The notes under the pieces were generated by a model. The model made no database searches. It saw only the letters and a list, made by a program, of their open reading frames with translations, and was not told the DNA's origin. From NCBI RefSeq assembly GCF_009914755.1, contig NC_060932.1: a DNA stretch of 64,000 bases; one strand, given 5' to 3'. This document shows positions 9,855-23,092 of this stretch, in pieces. The DNA is from the human T2T-CHM13v2.0 reference genome, Homo sapiens. Position 1 is the stretch's first letter, and each line of letters begins with the position of its first letter. The position numbers and the translations under genes are program-made.

Positions 9855-12800
9855 TCAAGACAACAGAAGGCAATTACAGATGGAGGCCCAGCCGCCCCCG
9901 CCCTGAGGACACCCCCCAAAGGCAAGCCCAGGGAGCCTGAGCCCAGGGCCTGCAGAGGAGCAGAGGCTGCAGGGATGGGCGCTGGGCTGCCAGACGTGCC
10001 GAGGGCTCCGCGTGGTGTGGGCAGTGGGCAGCAATGACATTAGAACGGAGGCCTGGAGGTGGCCCAGGGAAGGGGACTCCTCAGTGCCCACACCAGGTGG
10101 GGCAGGAAGAGTCCACTCAGGAAAGGGTGGGAGTGGCAGGCGGAGGTGAGGGCTGGGGTCAAGTCCTGCTCTGTCATGACCTTGCCTGGGCCAGCCCCTC
10201 CACTCTGTGGCCACGGCCCCCTCTGAAGGGGCAAAGCCCCTGCCTTAACGTCTGTGGAGTTGCGACGCGGCTGATGGAGACCGGGTCTGCAAGCACAGGG
10301 CTCTGGTTTGCCACACGCACTGGCCCTCGACTCAAGCACAGGGAGCTGATCAGAAAGTTGTGCTGCCGTGCGGGGATCACGGGAGATGGTACCTGGGAAA
10401 AGCCGGGCTCGGTGGCTGCAGCAGTGCCACCCAGGGAAGCCACATCAGCAGGGCCCACGGGAGACACCAGACCAGGGCCGGGGCAGCCCCAGGGATCCGG
10501 AAGATTCCATGCTCAGCATTGTCTTCCACCCAAAGGAAGGACACATGCCACCTGGGCACCAGGAGCGCAGGCACAGCCGGGGTCCTCAACAGAGCCACAT
10601 GCAAACACGAGCAAACACGAGCACGGGCAAGCCTTCTTCCCGGAGGGAGGTTCCTTGCAAGGCCTGCCTCCAATCAGGCAACTGGAGAAGAGCTTGGGAG
10701 GCAGGAGTATCTAAACAAACTGTGCACCTGCAGTGCCTACCAGGGCACAGACCTGAGCTGACTTGAGCCTCAGGGGTCTTAAGGCCTGGGATAGAGAGGC
10801 CATTACAACCACAGGGACTGCTGCCAGGCACAGCCTGGCACGACTGGCTCTGAGGGAGGAGGGTCCTCAGAAAGACAAGGCCACTCCCCACCGTCCCAGC
10901 AAGGACTCCCTACTCTCATCAGGGAACTGTGGCCCCATCTCTGCAAGCCCCCTGGGCAGGAGGTGGAACCCATGAGCCCTGCCTTCAGAAGCCCCCACCC
11001 AGGCCTCACAGGGATCCTTGAACCCTTGGTCACCAGCTCCACCCCACCCTTGCCCCCAGCGCAGGGCCCTAGTGGAGCCGCAGGCACTCGCAGACACACC
11101 CTGATCGCCGCATCTGGGGGCTCCTGCCCTAGCCAGGGAGGGGAGAGCCAGGCTCCTGCACAAGGAGCCAAAGCCCAGAGAGCGGGTATGGGTGACGGCC
11201 TCGGCCGCTCCTGGAGCAAAGCACCCCTTTGCTCACTTGCAGACAGCCCCCAACTGAACTCTGCTCTCTATGTCCTGCCACATTAGGGTCACGACCCTCT
11301 GAGCCAATGGAGGAGGAGAGGGAAGGAAGATGGGGCCAGAGGTGTGACGGATCCCCCCACAATTGCCACTCAGGAGGGACCAGCCTGCGAGGGAGGAGGC
11401 GCTAGCCTGGGCCCGGGCAATGCCCCGCTCACGTGCAAAGGAGCCACCTTACACCTGCAGTGGTAACAGCCTGGCCTCGCTTCTGTTGCTGAGAGGTGAA
11501 TGTGGACAGTGGAGAGCATTTGCCAGCAGAGACAGGAAGGCCATGGTGGTCTGGGCTAACACAGGTGGTGCTGGACAGGCCATGTGCCCTGGCTGGACAC
11601 TTTCTCTGCCCCGTGACCACACGCAGCCTCAGCCAAGCCCTGGACCCCACCCTTGGACTCAGCCTGTGCCCAATCCTGCTCTACACCTAGCCCTGGCCCT
11701 GGGGACTCTGATCGTAGTGTGTGACCTGGAGGCCCACCCTCAGAATGGGGACTGATGTCCTGCTGCTCCAGGGCTGCATGCACCGGCCACAGACCCAGGG
11801 CGGTCCCAGGGGCATTCTTAGCCAGCATGGCACTGCCCACATTCAAGACACCTCACACAACCACTGCCCGGCTCCGCAGCCAGCAACATCTCCCTCAGCG
11901 CCCAGGCTGCCAGGTGGGCACGCCATGTCCTGCCCCGGCGCAGTGCACAGAGATGCACAAGGGGAGGGGGGCTGCTCCCGGTGCTGTGAGGCCGCGTGTT
12001 GCTCGTGGGGTGAGGACAGGTTTGGTGCGTGGGACCTGTGGTACTGAGCGACACTCCAATACCTCATCAGCCATCAGCCCTGGGCCCAGTGGCTTTGTCA
12101 GGTCTTGGAGGCCCCCAGTCTGTGAGGTGAGCCCTGCAGAGCCACAGGCCCTGGGCACCTGCTCCTCCCAACACAGGGGGTGCTCCACGGGGGCCCCTTG
12201 CACATCCCCTGACTCCAGGAGTCCAAGGGATACCCAAGCACTAGGCCAGAGGCCTCCAGGGGCCAGAGAGAGCAGCCTTTGGGACCGCCCTCCCCAGACA
12301 CTCGCAGAGCAGCACACACACCTCAAAGGAAACTGCCTGCCCAGTGCCCTCAGGGCACAGGGACCCCTGTGGGAGACCCCCCTGCACTGGGTCAACTCGC
12401 TGCCCCCAGCCCCACAGCCGTGACCAGCCCTGCAGGCCTGGCCCTGCCCAAACCCCAGGCAGTGCCGCTGCAGAGCGGAAAGCATGGCCGGCTCGGGGCA
12501 ACTGGGCCTGCAGCTGGGATGCCCCCACCCTGTCCTCAGGCTTGGCAGCCACTTTCCTACTTCCTGCCTCTGCGCCCACAAGAGGAAGTCTGGCCCTGTC
12601 CTAAGCACTCTCGCTTGGGAATTCAACACGTCAGTTGCTGTCAGCAGCAGGGCAGGCCACTCAAAGCAGCTCACAGGCACCAAAGACTCCCGTGCTGCAG
12701 GGGAGCCCAGCGGCCTGGGGACCTGGAGTGGCTGATCCACCAGGGGTCACAGAAGTCGAGGCTGGGTCTCAGTCTAGGGCAGGGAACCACAGGGTGAGCA

Positions 12801-14769
12801 AACCTGAGTTCCTGCAGCCTCCAGGGCTGAGGACTTGCAGAAAAGGACTAAGCACCTGGGCCACACCAGTGCCACCCCTGCCAGGCCCCTCCTTCTCAGC
12901 CCCACACCACATGTCTATCCTTGCCATGAAGCACCCCCAAACCAGGTCTGCCTCTGCCCATAGGACCCTTGGCTGCAAGAATCTGCCCTTCAGGAGACAA
13001 TGTGGCCTCAATGGGGGTGGATCCAGCCATCCCTGGCCTGCACAGGCCTGAGCGGACCCAGATCCTCCTCCAGCCCCACCCCATCAGGAGGCCCACTGAC
13101 CAGGCCCATCCCCCAAGCCCCACCACAAGGCCTAGTGCCCAGGCCCATCGCCCAAGGCCCACAGCCCAGGCCCCTTGTCCAAGCCCAGCCACAGGGTTGG
13201 CTGGGTCTACATGCGTCTCCCAACCAGTCCGGCCCACTCTGCCCATGGGTCCCAGCCTCATGCACCGCTGTGAGCAGGAGCAGCTGAGGATGCCCCAGCG
13301 CTCCAAGTTCTGCCATGGCTGCCACTGGGGGCGTTTGAGGCCAGCCCCTGCCTGTCCTGTGAGGCTGGGTCCTTCTGTCCACTCTGTGGCCCTCAAGGAG
13401 CTGGTCCTGCTTCCGGGGCTTCGTTCCCAAAGTCCTTCCAGCAGCTCCCAGGAAGGGGAGGGTCCAGCGGGGCTCTGCTTCGAAGGGTGTGCCACCATAT
13501 GCGGAGGACGGCGAAGGAGCTCCTGGCACGGTGTCTTGAGGAGGAGAGGAGGTGCGGTGGGAGGAGGCACGGAGGCGGCAGGAGGAAGCACGGAGCCAGC
13601 ATCACCCTCAGAGCCAGCGTCACCCTTGGAGCCAGTGGCAGCTGCGGGCTGCAGACGAGGCCTGACCAGACAGAAACGCCTGGCTTCCGGTGGTCCCTGG
13701 AGTGGGCCCGTGGGCTCGGAAGGGGGCACAGCGTGCCTGACAGGCTGAGAGTCACCGGACAGCACCACGTGTGGGGCTTCCAAGTGGGCCCAGAGGGAGG
13801 GGCCTGCAGAAGGAGGGGGAGGCCACTGCAGGCCAGAGTGAGGCACAGCGTGGGGCGGGGAAGAGTCAAGCTGGGGCCCAGGCTCCTCCCTGGCTCTGCC
13901 CAAACTCCTCAACGTGACCAATGAATGGACAGGTCACCTGCTGCTCCCTGGGAGCTATGTCAAGGGCCAGCTGGCTGGAGGTGCATATGGGCTGAGGCTC
14001 CTCCCACCTGCTGGCTGGCCTTGCCTTCTCATGGTAGCTGTACGCTGGGGCTCTGGGGCTGGGGGAGAGCGGAGGGAAGCCCTCCTTCTTCCCAGACACC
14101 CCTGTCTTCAGACCCTGGGGCCAGCTGGGCCCTGCTGCCCTGCATGGGAAAGTAGGGACTTCTCCCTGCTGGGACCCACTGGTTTGGAAGACCTGGCTGC
14201 CTAAGGACAGCCGTGCTCACCGCTGGACTGCATCTGGAAGGGGAGGGCTGCCCGTGGAGAGGAAGGCCAGGCCGGGACCCGGGGCCAAACAGGCCTCCGG
14301 CCACACGACACCAGGCGGGAACGGCAGAGGCCAAGATGGGGGCCTTGGAGGGCACCAGGGCACCCTGGGCTGCACCCGCTGCTGCTGCACGTCGGGGAGC
14401 TCAGGCCTTGTCTCTGCCCCTCACCAGGCACTGGTCCCAGAGGCCACCTTGTGACCGCCTCCCCACGGTAGCGCTCACCTCTCTACAGTGACTAGGACCC
14501 AGCATCCCATCTGGACACCCGGTGGGCACGGCTTGAGGTGGCGTATATGGTCGAGCCCCTTGATGGCACAATGCTTGGCAATGCAGGGAGGACCCTGAGC
14601 TGGAACCGCAGCCCTTCCACTACCGAGACAGGCAGAACCCTCCCTGGCCCCGACCCTTGGTTTCCCCACCTAAAAGAAGAGATGGGCCAGGAGGGTGGCG
14701 GGCCATCTCCATGGGCCTCTGGGTCTCCCTCGGAGGGTCTCCCTCTTGGGAGCTGGTGCAGAAGGCTCA

Positions 14770-15378
<609 letters not shown>

Positions 15379-17329
15379 TCATCACAGGCCCTGCATCTGT
15401 GCACAGCGGCCAGGCCTCGCATCGGCACCCAGCATAGGCAGCCTACATCCACTATACAGGGGCCCTTCTGTCTCAGCTACTCTCTGGGCCTCCCGCCTGT
15501 CCACCCGGCAGGTGCCCTCTGCCCTCCCCGGAGCCCTGACCACGTGTGGTGGGTCAGCCCTGGTTTGTCCCCCTCCCCACGACTGCTCCCTTCCCTGAAC
15601 TGCTGGCATGAGTGCCCCTCGTGATCAGTCCTTCACTGGGACTGATCAATCTGTCACTGGGACTGGGTGGGCACCTGAAGTGGACAAAGCGCTCCACAGA
15701 CTCAGCACATCCCAGCCCGCGACAGGTGGCCAGGGGCAGAAATGGCTACAGCCACCTCTGGAAGCTGACAGTGGGGAGAAGGGGGGAGGACAGAGCGATA
15801 GGAGGGGTCCTGGGGAGAGGAGGTGGTAAGGGAGTGATGGGGCAGCCCAGCAGGCCCTGTATGGGGCCACAGAGCAGCTGGAGGGGGCCACAGAGCAGCT
15901 TGAAGCCCAGGCTCCGAGGGGATTGAGGGGCCGGCCTGGCCCAGCCCCGCCCCAGGGAGCAGCAGGGTGCTTGAGCCGCAGTCACTCTTCTCCTGGGGAC
16001 ACAGCACAGTACCCGGGAAGAGGACGCCAGCTGCCTGAGGGTCTCCGGACACACTGCCAGTTGTCAGAGCAGGAGGGACCAGGAGGCTGTTCTCGGCACA
16101 GGCCCCAAGGTGAGGCCACAGCTCAGTCAGGGCATGGAGGGAGAATGAGTGGGTGGGGTGGAGCCTGAGAGTGCTGGTGGGCAGCTGAGCGCTTTAACCA
16201 AAGGCCCGTGGGCACCAGGGGCAGCCTGGCTCTTCCTCAACTGAGGAAAAGAGACACCCAGCCAGAGCCAGGAGCCTCTGCCCCACTGGCCTGGGAGCCA
16301 GGGCTCCTGGCAGCAGCAGGTATAGACAGGGCGGGATGAATGGGTCAGAGCCCTCCAGTGGGAGCGGGAAAGACACCAAAACACAGCAGGGATGGGGTCC
16401 CTGTGGGAGGGGGGCAAGGTCAGCATCCCCTCAAAAGCCCCCTGCAAACCTGGAGCCCCACCATGGTTGGGGGCCGCACAGGCAGGCCAGGGCTGCTGTG
16501 TGACTACAGTGGGAAGAGGACATGAGAGACTCTGGCTCTCCACAAGCAGAGGAGGCCACAGCGCATGGAGTCAGAACTGGACACAGTCACCCCAGGGTTA
16601 GGGTCAGGGTTAAGGGGACCCAGAGCTTTTAGACCTCATGGTGAGGACCTCTCTAGGGAAGCCAAGGGCAACCCCATAGAGGAAGGGCTGTGGCCCAGGG
16701 TGGGTGAGCAACCAAGGCGGGTGGGGGCGCTGGGGAGTCGGTGGGCCTGGGCGGGGTCACTGGGCACTGTGACCTCTGTCCCATCTGGGAAGGCCCCTCC
16801 CTTGCCCCAGGTGAGGTTTCCTGAACGGAGCCTCCAGCCTCCCTGGCTCCAAGCTCAGCCCCTTCATCCTGACCTCTCGCCTGTCAGGTCCTCGATGGGT
16901 GGCCTCCAGCAGCAAAAGGGTAGGGCTTCTCCTGGGGACTCAGAGGCAAGGGACAAGACTGTGGGCCTCCCACTTCCTGCCCCCACATACAGCCTGGCGC
17001 TAAGGTAGGACCTGACTCTAGGCACCCGGGCACCCCTGCTGCTTCACTTCCTTTTCCAGAGGAACGCAGAGCTGAGGGCCCACGGTGCTGGCTGGGAGGT
17101 GCCCTGGCTTGCGGTGCAGCCCCTCTTCTCGTGGATGCAGGGACTTCAGGACACCATGCCCTGGCCAGGCCTGCACGTTCCCATGCCGCTCTCCCTACAC
17201 CCCCCCAGCACGGGTACATCCATAGCAGAACCAGAGCTCCAGCCTCTACATCTCTGCAACCTCACAACCCTATCCACCCCAGAACAGCCTCACTGTGGGG
17301 AATCTCTGGGCAGAGGCCCAGGATGAAGG

Positions 17330-19350
17330 CGTGGAGGCTAGTATCTGTCAACGAGCGGAGCAGGGACCAGCGTCTGTCAATGATCAGGGTGGGGCCAGTG
17401 TCTATTAATGAGCGGAGCAGGGGCCAGTGTCTATCAATGAGCAAAGGGGAGGCCACTGTCTGTCAAAGAGCAAAGGCGGGGTCAGTGTCTGCCAACGAGC
17501 AGAGGCGGGGTCAGTGTCTGCCAATGAGCAGAGGCGGGACCAGTGTCTGTCAATGAGCGGAGGTGGGGCCAGTGTCTATCAATGAGCAGAGGGGAGGCCA
17601 CTGTCTGTCAATGAGCAGAGGCGGGGCCAGTGTCTGTCAATGAGCGGAGGTGGGGCCACTGTCTGTCAATGAGCAGAGGCGGGGCCAGTGTCTGTCAATG
17701 AGCGGAGGGGAGGCCACTGTCTGTCTAAGGGCAAAGGCGGGGTCAGTGTCTGCCAATGAGCAGAGGCGGGGTCAGTGTCTGCCAATGAGCAGAGGCGGGA
17801 CCAGTGTCTGTCAATGAGTGGAGGTGGGGCCAGTGTCTATCAATGAGCAGAGGGGAGGCCACTGTCTGTCAATGAGCAGAGGCGGGGCCAGTGTCTGTCA
17901 ATGAGCGGAGGTGGGGCCACTGTCTGTCAATCAGCAGAGGGGAGGCCACTGTCTGTCTAAGGGCAAAGGCGGGGTCAGTGTCTGCCAATGAGCAGAGGCG
18001 GGGTCAGTGTCTGCCAATGAGCAGAGGCGGGACCAGTGTCTGTCAGTGAGCGGAGGTGGGGCCAGTGTCTATCAATGAGCAGAGGGGAGGCCACTGTCTG
18101 TCAATGAGCAGAGGCGGGGCCAGTGTCTGTCAATGAGCAGAGGTGGGGCCAGTGTCTGTCAATGAGCGGAGGTGGGGCCACTGTCTGTCTAAGGGCAAAA
18201 GCGGGATCAGTGTCTGCCAATGAGCAGAGGCGGGGTCAGTGTCTGCCAATGAGCAGAGGCGGGGCCAGTGTCTGCCAATGAGCAGAGGCGGGGCCAGTGT
18301 CTGCCAATGAGCAGAGGCGGGGCCAGTGTCTGTCAATGAGCGGAGGTGGGGCCAGTGTCTGTCAATGAGCAGAGGCGGGGTTAGTGTCTATCAATGAGCA
18401 GAGGCGGGGTTAGTGTCTGTCAACGAGCAGAGGCAGGGACAGTGTCAATGAACAGAGGCGGGGCCAGTGTCTGTCAATGAGCGGAGGCGGGGCCAGTGTC
18501 TGTCAATGAGCAGAGGCGGGGCCAGTGTCTGTCAATGAGCAGAGGCGGAGTTAGTGTCTGTCAATGAGCAGAGGCGGGGTTAGTGTCTGTCAACGAGCAG
18601 AGGCAGGGACAGTGTCAATGAACAGAGGCGGGGCCAGTGTCTGTCAATGAGCGGAGGTGGGACCAGTGTCTGTCAATGAGCAGAGGCGGGGCCAGTGTCT
18701 GTCAATGAGCAGAGGCGGGGTTAGTGTCTGTCAACGAGCAGAGGCAGGGACAGTGTCAATGAACAGAGGCAGGGCCAGTGTCTGTCAATGAGCGGAGGTG
18801 GGACCAGTGTCTGTCAATGAGCAGAGGCGGGGCCAGTGTCTGTCAATGAGCAGAGGCGGGGTTAGTGTCTGTCAACGAGCAGAGGCAGGGACAGCGTCAA
18901 TGAACAGAGGCGGGGCCAGTGTCTGTCAATGAGCGGAGGTGGGGCCAGTGTCTGTCAATGAGCAGAGGCAGGGTTAGTGTCTGTCAACGAGCAGAGGCAG
19001 GGACAGTGTCAATGAACAGAGGCGGGGCCAGTGTCTGTCAGTGAGGGGAGCAGGGACCAGGTTCTGTCAATGAGCAGGGTGGGGGCCAGTGTCTGTCAAA
19101 GAGCAGAGTATGGAGCCAGTGTCTGTCGATGAGCAGGGTGAAGGCTAGTGTCTATCAATGAGCGGGTACCAGTGTCTGCCAATGAGCAGAGTGGGGGCTA
19201 GTGTCTGCCAATGAGCAGAGGCGGGGCCAGTGTCTGTCAATGAGGAGAGGCAGGGCCAGTGTCTGTCAATGAGCAGAGTGGGGGCCAGTGTCTGTCAATG
19301 AGCAGAGCAGGGACCAGTGTCAATGAGCGGAGCAGGGACTAGTGGCAACG
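17330..19350 (+). repeat. 29-bp VNTR, ~70 copies, with higher-order structure
   Basis: Unit gagcagaggcggggccagtgtctgtcaat; variant ctaagggc recurs at 17725, 17957 and 18189 (232 bp = 8 units). Confidence 0.97.
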
Positions 19351-19403
19351 AGCGGAGCAGGGCTGGAGGAAGACAGGGCAGGAGGGGAGGGAGCAGATGC
19401 TCA

Positions 19404-19634
<231 letters not shown>

Positions 19635-20149
19635 TCAGGAGCAGGGCTGTGGGGCAGACACCAAGGGCACCTGAAAGTTCCCATGGAACCTGGGGCGGGC
19701 CCAGGTGGCACCTGCAGAATCAGGAACCAGAGAACAGCTGGGGACCGGCTGGTCTGTCCACTTCCTGTGACAGAAGGCATGACTGGGTCCAGAAAGGGCC
19801 AGGGGTGAGCCCAGGGTCACCCCAAAAGTCAGAGACAGGGCAGGGATCTGAGTGCTCCATCTCCTGACTCTGAAGCCAAACCCCAACCTCTCCAGGTGTC
19901 CTAGGGGCTGTGAGCTGCTTCCCTGAGTACAGAGGTCCCAGGGTCTGTCCCCAGGATTTGCAGTCTAGTGAAGGACAGCATCCCCAGCACTGTAAAGGCC
20001 TGACTGCAAGAGAGCAGAGAATGTCTAGGGCAGATATACCATCCCCACTTGCCTGGGTGCTCCTGCACAGAAGGGTCTACCTTTCCCTCTCTGTGTAACA
20101 GCACTGAGCATGGGCCAGCACACAGGCACTGCTCAGCAAATCCTAAAGA

Positions 20150-20780
20150 AGTGGGATAGATGGACGAACGGGTTCAGGGGAGTGGACAAAAGGGTGGATG
20201 GGTAGATGAAAGGATGATGGACAGATGCGTGAATAGGTGGGTGGACAAATGGAATGGTGGATGGGTGGGTGGATGGATGAATAGATGGGTGAGTGGATGG
20301 ATGGGTGGGTGATGGGTGGATGGGCGAGTGGATGGACAGATGAATGGGTGGATGGATGGATGGGTAGATGGATGGATGCGTAGGTGGATGGATGGATGGG
20401 TAGGTGGATGGATGGATGGGTAGGTGGATGGATGGATGGGTAGGTGGATAGGTGGTTGGACAGATGGGTGAGTAGATGGATGGGTGGGTGGGTAGATGTA
20501 TGGATGGGTGAATGGATGGATGGGTGGGTGGGTGGATGGATGGATGGATGGATGGATAGATGTGTGGGTGGGTGGGGTAGGTGGATGGATGGGTGCATGG
20601 GTGGGTAGATGGGTGGATAGGTGGGTGGGTGGGTAGATGATGGATGGATGGATGAGGGATAGATGGATGATGGGGGGATAGATGAGTGGGTGAATGGATG
20701 GAAGAGTGAATGGACGGTATGTGGATGGATGATGGACAGGTGGGTGGGTGGGTTGGTCAATGAGCGGCTAAGTGGATGGT
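20150..20780 (+). repeat. (GGAT/GGGT)n simple repeat
   Basis: Long tggatgggtggatgga tract. Confidence 0.95.
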
Positions 20781-22237
20781 TGCTCCACTGCTATCCAAGG
20801 ACTGAGTGGCTCCATGAAGCTAGTGAACAGAGTAAGGAACAGAAACGTGGGCCAGGAGGACTTCGGGTACCCCTCCACCCCGGCATACTGTGCTGGCCTC
20901 TTCCATCTTCCATGCTGTCTACCTTTACCCTAACTCCTTTTTCCCAGTTAAGTGGCTCTGATGATCCTAAGAGACGTGGCCACGCCACTCTCAGAGCACA
21001 CACCTGGGCTGTGCTTCAGGCAAGGCACATACCATCCCCTTCACACCTGGCACCCACCCAGGGGCATCCTAGCACCCATCTAACAGAGCAGGGATTGGGG
21101 GCTCAAGTGGTCCCATGACCTCCAGGGCCTCTCGGAAAGGGGAAGAGTTGGGATTCAGACCCCTGCCCACCGACCAGATGCCCACTCCTTCCCTGACTGC
21201 CACGCTGCACCTAGGACGGCTCCTCCGCTGGCCAGATGCATGGCCCTGGGCAAGCCTGGCCACCTCAAGCCAGGTTTGCTCACTTATCACCCGAACAAAA
21301 GCAACCCTCCTCACATAGCGCCTGGCACATGGCTGGGTTCCAGCCAAGTCCAGGGGAAGATCCTTCAGGCCTGCCGTGACCCCTGCCCTGGCACACCCGT
21401 CCAGTCAGCAGCTCATTCCAGAGCTGGGACTGACTTCCATGAGGGTCATTTCACCCCACTGCAAAATGTTACAAGGGAATTCATTTTCTCTTTAGGAGTA
21501 TTCTGGGAAATGAAGCAATTAGCATGATCTTAAACTGACACGTAGTATCAATTGCAATTCAATTATCAGGCTTAAATGTGATGCAGAGGCAGGCGGTCCC
21601 TCTGCAGGAACTGGGCAGTGGCTGGGAAGGTAGCGAGAAGGTGGGGCCCAGGGGTCATGGCTTCAGTGTGCATCTGTGGCATGGCTATGGGGGCAACAGT
21701 GAACGAAAGGATGGGTGCGGGTTGGCCCGGGCCGGTTTCTGGTCTCCTCGTCACCACCACCTTCTGCCAGAGTGAGGTCACGGGTTCTGGAGACCAAGCC
21801 TAGGCTCCATCCTACAATGGGGACATCAAGGTCACGAAGTATGGCTCAGCCAGGTGGGTCCCCACCTCCACGGGCTTCCCAGTTATAGACGTGATCCCGT
21901 CAGAAGCCAGGCATGACCTCACCACCAACTTCGACCCTGGCCACTGAGCATACCCAGGCCTGGTGCACCCTGAGCCTGGTCTTGGTGGCTCATGGCCTCA
22001 GGGACTTGCAGGGGCCTTCCCAAGGGCTTCACAGGCAGAAGCATCTCCTCATGCGGCATGTGACTCACCTGTTATTGCTGCATTTGACAGGGAAGACGGA
22101 ACCTGAGTCACTGAGAGGGTTAGTGACTGCCCAATGACACACAGCTGGAAAATGCTGGAATCCGCATCCAACCCACATTTAGACAGACTCCAACCCAGGT
22201 CACTACCACCACCAACGCGGGGTGGCACCCAAGGCCA

Positions 22238-23092
22238 CCCTCCAGGATGTGGAACCCAGGACCCCGGCCAGATCTCAGGGACAGTGGGCCGCCCTCCAGG
22301 TCGTGGAACCCAGGACCCCGGCCAGATCTCAGGGACAGTGGGCCGCCCTCCAGGTCGTGGAACCCAGGACCCCGGCCAGATCTCAGGGACAGTGGGCCGC
22401 CCTCCAGGATGTGGAACCCAGGACCCCGGCCAGATCTCAGGGACAGTGGGCCGCCCTCCAGGTCGTGGAACCCAGGACCTCGGCCAGATCTCAGGGACAG
22501 TGGGCCACCCTCCAGGATGTGGAACCCAGGACCCCGGCCAGATCTCAGGGACAGTGGGCCGCCCTCCAGGTCGTGGAACCCAGGACCTCGGCCAGATCTC
22601 AGGGACAGTGGGCCACCCTCCAGGATGTGGAACCCAGGACCCCGGCCAGATCTCGGGGATGGTGGGGCTCCCTCCAGGATGTGGAACCCAGGACCCCGGC
22701 CAGATCTCAGGGACAGTGGGCCGCCCTCCAGGTCGTGGAACCCAGGACCCCGGCCAGATCTCAGGGACAGTGGGCTGCCCTCCAGGTCGTGGAACCCAGG
22801 ACCCCGGCCAGATCTCAGGGACAGTGGAACCCAGGACCCCAGCCAGATCTCAGGGACAGTGGGCCGCCCTCCAGGTCGTGAAACCCAGGACCCCGGCCAG
22901 ATCTCAGGGACAGTGGGCCACCCTCCAGGATGTGGAACCCAGGACCCCAGCCAGATCTCAGGGACAGTGGGCCGCCCTCCAGGTCGTGGAACCCAGGACC
23001 TCGGCCAGATCTCAGGGACAGTGGGCCGCCCTCCAGGTCGTGGAACCCAGGACCTCGGTCAGATCTCGGGGATCGTGGGGCTCCCTTCAGGA
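22238..23092 (+). repeat. 54-bp VNTR, ~16 copies
   Basis: Unit ccctccaggtcgtggaacccaggaccccggccagatctcagggacagtgggccg; period 54 (22238, 22292...). Confidence 0.97.

Noticed and set aside
12896-13921. 341-aa minus-strand ORF downstream of the Myb exon
   Set aside because: No recognisable domain and no convincing acceptor/donor pair; long ORFs are expected by chance at this GC content.
17330-19350. Possible CRISPR-like array
   Set aside because: Head-to-tail units without unique spacers, in a mammalian intron; it is an ordinary minisatellite.
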